A stretch of 64,000 nucleotides of DNA, from assembly GCA_050951805.1 (NCBI GenBank), contig JBMNJT010000002.1, positions 1,152,001 to 1,216,000 on the forward strand, given 5' to 3'. The stretch comes from Bacillota bacterium. GTDB lineage: Bacteria > Bacillota > DTU025. How positions within the stretch are numbered: the stretch's first letter is position 1; each line of letters begins with the position of its first letter. Of this stretch, positions 57,038-64,000 are shown in pieces. Under the pieces are notes generated by a model. The model saw nothing but the letters and a program-made list of their open reading frames with translations, was not told the origin of the DNA and made no database searches. The translations under genes were made by a program, and so were the position numbers.

Positions 57038-57154
57038 TTGGTCGAGGGGTTTCCTGAAACTAAAGGGCAATGGTTCTTCTGGGGGTTTCCATGGTGGTGG
57101 TGGTTGATACTGGCTGCCGTAGTTCTTGTCGTGATCTTCGTCTTCTTGGTTTAG
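57038..57154 (+). CDS. 38-aa Trp-rich hydrophobic microprotein
   Basis: GGGGGTGA RBS and TTG start. MVEGFPETKGQWFFWGFPWWWWLILAAVVLVVIFVFLV. Confidence 0.65.
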   Translation: MVEGFPETKGQWFFWGFPWWWWLILAAVVLVVIFVFLV

Positions 57155-57712
57155 GGAGCAAATTGCGATGGAATGATGCCGACGGCTTGCATTGCAGGGT
57201 TTCGAATAGTGAGCGACAAGGTCTCATGAGGAAGTAGTTGTGGATAGTGAAACACGCTGTTGTCCTCTGCCAGTGAGTTCCAAGAGGATGATCGCGTTGG
57301 GGTAAAACATTAAAACATGGGCGGTCTACACACGATCCGAAGGAGGGCGCCGGCATGCGCTGGCAGGCCCTCCTTCAAAGGCATCTTGTTGCAGTTCCTA
57401 GAGAGCTCGAATTTACCTTGGTGACACGTAAGTCTTCACGGATTCAATGGAGTCGGCTAATAGTTGCCTCATTCAGGGACGTCACCAATCGGCGGAGCGA
57501 GACTGAGGTCCACCAGACTCGATCTAGTTCGCGCCTGGTGGCGTTTTTGCGTGCACGGGGCTAGTCGAAGCCGCGGGACGTAATGAGATCGTCCGTTCTG
57601 GCTAATCAGCGATGCGAAACCTAAGCGGGATGTTGCCTTCTTTGCGTTTCAGCTTCTGAAAGGCCGATGATATAATATTCGTAATGCTGAAATACAAAGG
57701 GGGCGAGGCAAC

Positions 57713-58930
57713 ATGGGTGCATCATTGGGGCCTGGAATTGTCATAGTAGGATTGGGGCCTGCTGCGGTCAATGCGTTGGAAGGGATAAGGTCGCAGGATG
57801 TGGACGTGCCGGTTACAATATTGTCTCAGGAACCATACTACGCTTATTATCGTCCTCGGCTTTCACATCTTCTTGGTGAAGAAGTGTCCTCTGAAAGCTT
57901 GGCAATTAAGAAGCCGCAATGGTATGAGGAGCGCAATGCCCAGGTATTGCTGGGTCAGACAGCGAAGGCGATCGATGTTGATCGCAAAACCGTGTCGCTG
58001 GATAATGGCAGCGAGCTTTCCGCTTCCTCTGTGATACTGGCTTGTGGAAGCAGTCCGTTCGTGCCCCCGCTTTCGGGGCTTGATAGGGAGAATGTGTTCT
58101 CCTTACGTACCGTCGATGATGCGCGGGCCATCTCCTCAGCCTGTGAGACCGCCAAGACAGTTTGCGTCGTGGGCGCAGGTCCCCTGGGGCTTGAGGCTGC
58201 GTGGGCCCTGGCCAAGCGCGATCTCGAGGTTCATCTGTTGGAGCATGGCTCTCGTTTGCTCTCGAAGATGCTTGATCAAAATGCATCACGGATGCTGGCG
58301 GAGATCGTGGAATCCGCCGGAATTGTTCTTCATCTATCGGCTTTTAGCGAGGCTTTGTTTCCGGGTGGGATCCGTCTTGCAGGAGGCGAGGAGATTCCCG
58401 GAGAAGTAATTTTGTTCTCCACAGGCGTAAGGCCGAATCTCGATGTTCCTCGTTCCGCTGGCCTCAAGATCAATCGCGGGGTGGAGGTCGACAAATTGAT
58501 GCGTACATCGACGCCGTGGATATACGCTGCCGGCGATGTTGCTGAATTCGAAGGCTCTGTAGGAGGAATCCTGCCGGTGGCGGTAGCGCAGGGCAAGGTA
58601 GCTGGCGTCAATGCCGCGGGTGGCCAAGAAGAGTATGTGGCGGTTCCGCCCTCATATACGCTGATGGTGATGGGAACAAGGCTCTTTTCCGTTGGCGATG
58701 TGCAGGATGGTCCCGACGTAACGTCCATAGTAGATGTCGATTACGATAGCCGAGTGTACCGCAAACTCGTGCTGTCAGGTGACAAGGTTGTAGGCGGCAT
58801 CCTCTTTGGCGACATAGCCGGATCCGACAAGATTCGCCGGGCTGTAGAAGAGGGCGTCCAATTGCCTGGCGCTGCAAAGGAAAGCGTGCCTGACTACGCT
58901 TCTCTTCTGGACATGATTGTGAGATACTAG
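57713..58930 (+). CDS. NAD(P)/FAD-dependent oxidoreductase (rubredoxin reductase/NirB N-terminal-like)
   Basis: YYRPRLSH, LACGS.PFVPP, VGAGPLGLE, GVRPN, IYAAGDVAE. TG-TATAAT promoter element at 57668-57676. Confidence 0.9.
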   Translation: MGASLGPGIVIVGLGPAAVNALEGIRSQDVDVPVTILSQEPYYAYYRPRLSHLLGEEVSSESLAIKKPQWYEERNAQVLLGQTAKAIDVDRKTVSLDNGSELSASSVILACGSSPFVPPLSGLDRENVFSLRTVDDARAISSACETAKTVCVVGAGPLGLEAAWALAKRDLEVHLLEHGSRLLSKMLDQNASRMLAEIVESAGIVLHLSAFSEALFPGGIRLAGGEEIPGEVILFSTGVRPNLDVPRSAGLKINRGVEVDKLMRTSTPWIYAAGDVAEFEGSVGGILPVAVAQGKVAGVNAAGGQEEYVAVPPSYTLMVMGTRLFSVGDVQDGPDVTSIVDVDYDSRVYRKLVLSGDKVVGGILFGDIAGSDKIRRAVEEGVQLPGAAKESVPDYASLLDMIVRY

Positions 58931-58963
58931 GAAATCTACATAGCTTTTTATGGAGGCGGCGGT

Positions 58964-60421
58964 ATGGAAGTCAGACGTAGATCAGCCAAGGTGGTAACTT
59001 TTGGGTGTCAGATGAATGAACGCGACTCTGAGACGATTATGGGCATCCTGTCAAGCCTCGGCTTCGAAGAGTCTTCTAAAGTTGAGGACGCCGACATTGT
59101 AATATTCGTCACCTGCTGTGTTAGGGAGAATGCTGAGAACCGCGCTTTTGGCAATTTGGGAGAGATGAAGCGCTTGAAAGAAGGCAACCCTAATCTCGTG
59201 GTTGGCATGTGCGGATGCATGGCCCAAAGAAGCGATCTCAGGGAGATAGTGCGCGCTCGAATGCCCTGGGTTAACCTGGTGTTTGGCACTCATAATATCC
59301 ACAGGCTGCCTGAGCTTCTCGAGCGCGTCTTCGCTGGCGAGCGGGTTGTGGAGGTGTGGGACGAGCCTGATGAAGTAGTTGAAGGTCTTCCTGCTGTGCG
59401 GGCCTATGGCCACAAAGCCTTCGTCAATATCACGTACGGCTGCGACAACTTCTGTACATACTGCATTGTGCCGTATGTGAGGGGAAGAGAGCGTAGCCGC
59501 CGCATGGAAGATGTAGTAGCTGAGGTCTGCGATCTAGCGGGGAGCGGGTGCGTCGAGGTGACGCTATTGGGTCAGAATGTCAACTCTTACGGTCGTGGCC
59601 TGCCGCCGCTTCCGTCGGGGTCATCGCCTGATTTCGCTGACCTTCTACACGAAGTCAACTTGGTGGATGGCATTAGACGCATCAGGTTTACCACATCACA
59701 CCCTAGGGACTTTTCTGACAAGATGATAGAGGCTGTTGCCTCATCGGAGAAGGTGTGCGAACATTTTCACTTACCTCTGCAGGCAGGGAGCGATAGAGTG
59801 CTTGAGATGATGCACAGAGGATATACTGCCGAGAGGTATCTGGCGCTTTTGGATCGGATAAGAGAAGCTGTTCCCGGGGCATCCATAACGACAGACATAA
59901 TGGTTGGTTTTCCGGGAGAGACGGAGGAAGATTTCCAGGCTACGATGGATGTGGTGAGGCAAGCGAGATTCGATGCGGCATTTACGTTCATCTATTCTCC
60001 CAGGCCAGGGACGGTTGCGGCTCGAATGCCAGACCAGATTGAAGATGAAGTGAAGCATGACCGCGTCTATCGCCTGATAGACCTCGTAAACTCGATAGCT
60101 AGCGAGGTCAATGACGAGCTGTGTGGATCGATAGTCGAGGTAATGGTGGAAGGGCCGTCCGAACGCGACCCGTCGGTCCTTTCAGGGAGAACAAGAACGA
60201 ACAAGATGATCCATTGGACTTCTGAGAAAGCTCACAATCCTGGCGACATTGTCATGCTGCGCGTTTCACAAACGCGCACTTGGACGCTGTACGGCGAGGA
60301 AATTGAGGGTCGTAGTGGGCATCGGGGTGCGCTAACCTGTGATGGGCACGAGGCTGCCGGAGAGGAGATGCAAGGCCGAACAGCGAGGTCCTCAGGCTTT
60401 GGCTACGGATGGAAGGTGTGA
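58964..60421 (+). CDS. miaB: tRNA-2-methylthio-N6-dimethylallyladenosine synthase
   Basis: TFGCQMNERDSE, CCVRENAE, GCDNFCTYCIVPYVRG, LLGQNVNSYG, TTDIMVGFPGET, and a TRAM domain. Confidence 0.97.
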   Translation: MEVRRRSAKVVTFGCQMNERDSETIMGILSSLGFEESSKVEDADIVIFVTCCVRENAENRAFGNLGEMKRLKEGNPNLVVGMCGCMAQRSDLREIVRARMPWVNLVFGTHNIHRLPELLERVFAGERVVEVWDEPDEVVEGLPAVRAYGHKAFVNITYGCDNFCTYCIVPYVRGRERSRRMEDVVAEVCDLAGSGCVEVTLLGQNVNSYGRGLPPLPSGSSPDFADLLHEVNLVDGIRRIRFTTSHPRDFSDKMIEAVASSEKVCEHFHLPLQAGSDRVLEMMHRGYTAERYLALLDRIREAVPGASITTDIMVGFPGETEEDFQATMDVVRQARFDAAFTFIYSPRPGTVAARMPDQIEDEVKHDRVYRLIDLVNSIASEVNDELCGSIVEVMVEGPSERDPSVLSGRTRTNKMIHWTSEKAHNPGDIVMLRVSQTRTWTLYGEEIEGRSGHRGALTCDGHEAAGEEMQGRTARSSGFGYGWKV

Positions 60422-60429
60422 CTGCAACG

Positions 60430-63078
60430 ATGTCTAAGCCGACTCCCATGATCCGCCAATACCGAGAGTTGAAGAAGAGATGTCCGGATGCCATTCTCAT
60501 GTTCAGGCTGGGCGATTTCTACGAGATGTTCATGGAAGATGCGGAGATCGCCAGCAGAATATTGGGGATAATGTTGACCTCACGCGAGGTCGGCTCGGGC
60601 AATAAGATGCCCATGTGCGGGGTTCCGCATCATGCTGTTGATCAGTACATTGCCACGCTGGTACAGAATGGGCACAAGGTAGCCATTGCGGACCAGGTGG
60701 AAGACCCGCGCACTGCCAAGGGGTTGGTGCGCAGGGACATAGTGCGGGTCGTGACTCCAGGGACGCTTGCGGACCAAGTGGACCCCGGCCGCAACAATTT
60801 TCTCATCGCCGTTGTTGCGACCGAGTCAGGCGTGGGGCTCGCTTCGTGCGATGCGTCCACTGGTGAGCTCGCGGCTACGCAGGCAGACGGCGATGATGCG
60901 TTTGCATTGATTTCAGAGGAAATCGACAGGATAGCTCCTGCCGAATGTATCTATCCTGGTGATTCACGTGGGCTTCAAGGTTCGTCTGGCCCTCGTTTTG
61001 ATGAGGATGATAAGGGGGGCGGTTGCCCGGTTGAGGGTAGTTTTGTCGCCTATCCCAGGCCGCCAATGGATTTCGAACGTGGGAGGGCTGAGGAGACGCT
61101 AATGTCCCAGTTTGGGGTGACCTCTCTCGAAGGTTACGGCGCAGCAGGAATGGATCTTGCTGTCAGGGCCGCCGGCGCCCTCGTATCCTACTTGCAGGAG
61201 ACGCAGATGACCAGCGTGCCGCAGATTTCAAGGATGCGCGTTTACCATCTGGGCGAATTCATGAGGATGGATACGCCGACCCGGCGCGCGTTGGAGATAT
61301 TCCACCGCGAAAGGGGTCTTCTTTCCGTCCTCGATAGCACTGTGACGCCCATGGGCGGGCGTCTCATCAGGTCGTGGTTCGAACGCCCTGCTGTGTCGGC
61401 GGCTGAAATCGAGAGCCGGTTGGATGCCGTGGAAGAGCTCGCAGGTGATTTGTTTCTCAGGGCAGATGTTCGCAAGACATTGGATCGCATGTACGATCTG
61501 GAGCGCACATGCGGGCGGATAGGGTATAGGACGGCTGGACCCCGGGATCTTTTGGCGCTGGCCTCGTCTCTTGAGGCCGTGGATGACCTGGCCGCTGTTC
61601 TTGGTGAGGCGAAGTCTTCCAGGATAATTGACCTAGCGGGGGCGCTTGATCCGGTTCCTGAAGCAACAGAACGTATAAGGGCATCTATCAAGCTTGACGC
61701 GAAGGCAAGCGCTAACGAGGGCGGAGTGATCTGTGAAGGCTACAGCGAGGAGGTAGATGAGCTCAGGCGTGCCTCCACGGAAGGGAAGGAATGGCTCATA
61801 AGGCTTGAAGCCCGTGAGCGGGAACGCACTGGCATAAAGTCGCTAAAAGTCGGCTTCAACCAGGTGTTTGGATACTACATCGAGGTCACTCACGCAAACA
61901 GCCACCTGGTGCCGGATGATTACACTCGCAAGCAAACGCTGGCCAACTCCGAGCGATACATTACGCCGGAGCTGAAGGAGCTGGAATCGAAGATCCTCGG
62001 TGCAGAGGAGAGGCTTATCAGGCTCGAGGCTGCGATATTCGAGCAGGTCAGGGACGATATCAGCGCTTACCTCCCGAGGATACTCGCAACGGCGCAGGCA
62101 GTGGCGGAACTAGATGTGCTGGCTTCATTTGCGGAGGATGCGCGGAACCGAGGTTACGTAAGGCCTCAAATCAACACTGGGAAAGCCACGGTGATACGCG
62201 ACGCGAGACACCCCGTGCTCGAAGAGATGTTGGGATCGGCTAGATACGTGCCCAACGACATAGAGGCTTCGTGCAATGGTGGAAGGTTGCTGATCATAAC
62301 AGGTCCCAACATGGCCGGAAAAAGTACGGTGCTTGCCACGATCGGGCTGATAACCGTCATGGCGCAAGTAGGGTCCTTCGTGCCGGCGGCTGATGCTGAG
62401 ATCGGGATATGCGACGCCATATATTACCGCACAGGGTCGTATGACGACATAAGTGCGGGCAAGAGCAGTTTCATGGTTGAGTTACTGGAGATCGCGAACA
62501 TTCTGAATAACGCCACGGATCGAAGCCTCATTCTCGTGGACGAGCTAGGCCGCGGGACAAGCACTTACGACGGCATGGCCCTCGCCTGGGCTGTTGCGGA
62601 ATGGGTGCATGATCACGTGGGGGCACGGGCACTTTTCACCACGCACTATCACGAATTGGCCGCATTGGAGGAGAGACTGCCCTATGCTCGCAACTACCAT
62701 GTAGGGGCAGTTGAGCGCGGTGGCGAACTTACGTTCCTTTACAGGTTGGCTCGTGGAAGCGTCGATAAGAGCTACGGTTTGCACGTTGCGAAAATGGCGG
62801 GTTTGCCTGGGGAGGTAATAAGGCGAGCTCAGCAAATACTAAAAGGCTTGGAAGCTGCTTCGCCTTCGGAAGGACATCAGATGACCTTGTTTGGCTGGGC
62901 AGACGAAGAGCCAGTTCGTGGGAGCGCTGCTGAGGTGATTGCAGAGGACGTTTCTCTGGCACAGACGGCTCAACGAGTTCTGGGAAGGCTGGAGGGGGTC
63001 GACGCAGACAACTTGACTCCCAGACAAGCCTTAGACCTTGTGTACGAGCTGAAGGATCTGGCCAGGATGAAGGAGTGA
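60430..63078 (+). CDS. mutS: DNA mismatch repair protein MutS
   Basis: TPMIRQY, FRLGDFYEMF, TGPNMAGKST, DELGRGTSTYDG, THYHEL, SYGLHVA. An alternative start exists at 60409. Confidence 0.98.
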   Translation: MSKPTPMIRQYRELKKRCPDAILMFRLGDFYEMFMEDAEIASRILGIMLTSREVGSGNKMPMCGVPHHAVDQYIATLVQNGHKVAIADQVEDPRTAKGLVRRDIVRVVTPGTLADQVDPGRNNFLIAVVATESGVGLASCDASTGELAATQADGDDAFALISEEIDRIAPAECIYPGDSRGLQGSSGPRFDEDDKGGGCPVEGSFVAYPRPPMDFERGRAEETLMSQFGVTSLEGYGAAGMDLAVRAAGALVSYLQETQMTSVPQISRMRVYHLGEFMRMDTPTRRALEIFHRERGLLSVLDSTVTPMGGRLIRSWFERPAVSAAEIESRLDAVEELAGDLFLRADVRKTLDRMYDLERTCGRIGYRTAGPRDLLALASSLEAVDDLAAVLGEAKSSRIIDLAGALDPVPEATERIRASIKLDAKASANEGGVICEGYSEEVDELRRASTEGKEWLIRLEARERERTGIKSLKVGFNQVFGYYIEVTHANSHLVPDDYTRKQTLANSERYITPELKELESKILGAEERLIRLEAAIFEQVRDDISAYLPRILATAQAVAELDVLASFAEDARNRGYVRPQINTGKATVIRDARHPVLEEMLGSARYVPNDIEASCNGGRLLIITGPNMAGKSTVLATIGLITVMAQVGSFVPAADAEIGICDAIYYRTGSYDDISAGKSSFMVELLEIANILNNATDRSLILVDELGRGTSTYDGMALAWAVAEWVHDHVGARALFTTHYHELAALEERLPYARNYHVGAVERGGELTFLYRLARGSVDKSYGLHVAKMAGLPGEVIRRAQQILKGLEAASPSEGHQMTLFGWADEEPVRGSAAEVIAEDVSLAQTAQRVLGRLEGVDADNLTPRQALDLVYELKDLARMKE

Positions 63079-63083
63079 ACTGG

Positions 63084-64000
63084 ATGCGTATAATCAGGCT
63101 TGCCCCTGAAGTCGCCAATAAGATAGCCGCAGGCGAAGTTGTTGAAAGGCCCGCGTCGGTTGTGAAGGAGCTTGTAGAAAACTCCATAGACGCCGGGGCT
63201 AACACCATAAGCATAGAGACGCTAGGAGGCGGTCTGGAGCTTGTCATGGTTACAGACGACGGTTGCGGCATGGGGCGAGAAGATGCGGCGCGGGCCTTTG
63301 AACGCCATGCCACCAGCAAGATTGCCCGGGCGGAAGACCTCTTTTCCATAGAAAGCCTCGGCTTCAGGGGCGAGGCTCTCCCGAGCATCGCTTCAGTTGC
63401 CAGAGTGAGGCTTGTCACCTGTGAGCGCGGAAGCGGTGAAGGGACGGTGGTAGTGGCGGAAGGGGGACGAGTGGGGGAGCCTACAGCTATCGGGGCACCC
63501 TGTGGTACAAGCATTGCCGTTCGGGATCTCTTCTTTAACACGCCTGCAAGGCTCAAGTATTTGCGTTCCGTCTCTACGGAGAACAGGAGGATCATAGGCA
63601 CCGTGGGCAGCCTGGCCCTGGCCCATCCTGAAATCGGATTTAGCCTCAAGGTGGACGGGCGCACGGCGCTTGTCACTCCGCAAGGCGGATCGATTGAGGA
63701 GGCGGCTGCCGCGGTCCTCGGGCTGGAGGTAGCTCGCGAGATGATTCCGGTAAAGAGTTCCTCCCACGGGATCTTCGTAAAAGGCCTCATCTCTTTGCCT
63801 CAGCACGCCAAGGGCAAACGCCGCGACTCGCAATACATATTTGTAAACGGTCGTCCGGTCGTATCCACGACAGTCTGGTCTGCCATAGACAAGGCCTACG
63901 ACAAGACTGTTCCCGTAGGCATCAGACCTCCGGTAATTCTTTCGATCGAGATTGATCCGTCTCAGATCGACGTCAACGTTCACCCAGCCAAGAGTGAAGT
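63084..64000 (+). CDS. mutL: DNA mismatch repair protein MutL (5' part, runs off the window)
   Basis: ANKIAAGEVVERPASVVKELVENSIDAG, DDGCGM, RHATSK, GFRGEALPSI, DVNVHPAKSE. Confidence 0.97.
   Translation, partial: MRIIRLAPEVANKIAAGEVVERPASVVKELVENSIDAGANTISIETLGGGLELVMVTDDGCGMGREDAARAFERHATSKIARAEDLFSIESLGFRGEALPSIASVARVRLVTCERGSGEGTVVVAEGGRVGEPTAIGAPCGTSIAVRDLFFNTPARLKYLRSVSTENRRIIGTVGSLALAHPEIGFSLKVDGRTALVTPQGGSIEEAAAAVLGLEVAREMIPVKSSSHGIFVKGLISLPQHAKGKRRDSQYIFVNGRPVVSTTVWSAIDKAYDKTVPVGIRPPVILSIEIDPSQIDVNVHPAKSE

Overview
A GC-rich window from an endospore-forming Bacillota (Firmicutes) chromosome that also encodes outer-membrane machinery (a secretin and ExbB/ExbD/TonB-like proteins), so the organism is probably a diderm Firmicute (inference). 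Almost all genes are on the + strand. In order: rqcH (minus strand); Ca2+-type P-ATPase; yloC-mIHF-remA-gmk-rpoZ-coaBC; a type IV pilus cluster (pilB, pilT, pilC, two paralogous Cys3His pilins, pilD, pilMNO, pilP-like, and a 1475-aa PilQ with about 15 N3-type ring domains including a recent 462-bp tandem expansion); Xaa-Pro peptidase-efp; spoIIIAA-AH; asp23-amaP-DUF2273-nusB-TsaD paralogue-xseAB-ispA (frameshifted)-DUF212; an OLE RNA of about 600 nt followed by oapA-dxs-tlyA-nadK-argR-recN (frameshifted); a four-gene flavin/Fe-S amino-acid oxidoreductase; an exbB-exbD-tonB-like/cohesin-like protein/SLH-coiled-coil operon; a putative sigma-K sporulation operon with a subtilase and three unannotated micro-ORFs; a flavoprotein reductase; miaB-mutS-mutL (truncated by the window edge). 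The best candidates for new biology are the TonB/Tol-like envelope operon that has no neighbouring receptor or Pal, the giant secretin, the hint from both that the periplasm is unusually wide, and the subtilase/microprotein operon. All assignments come from reading motifs and synteny by eye; no searches were run.
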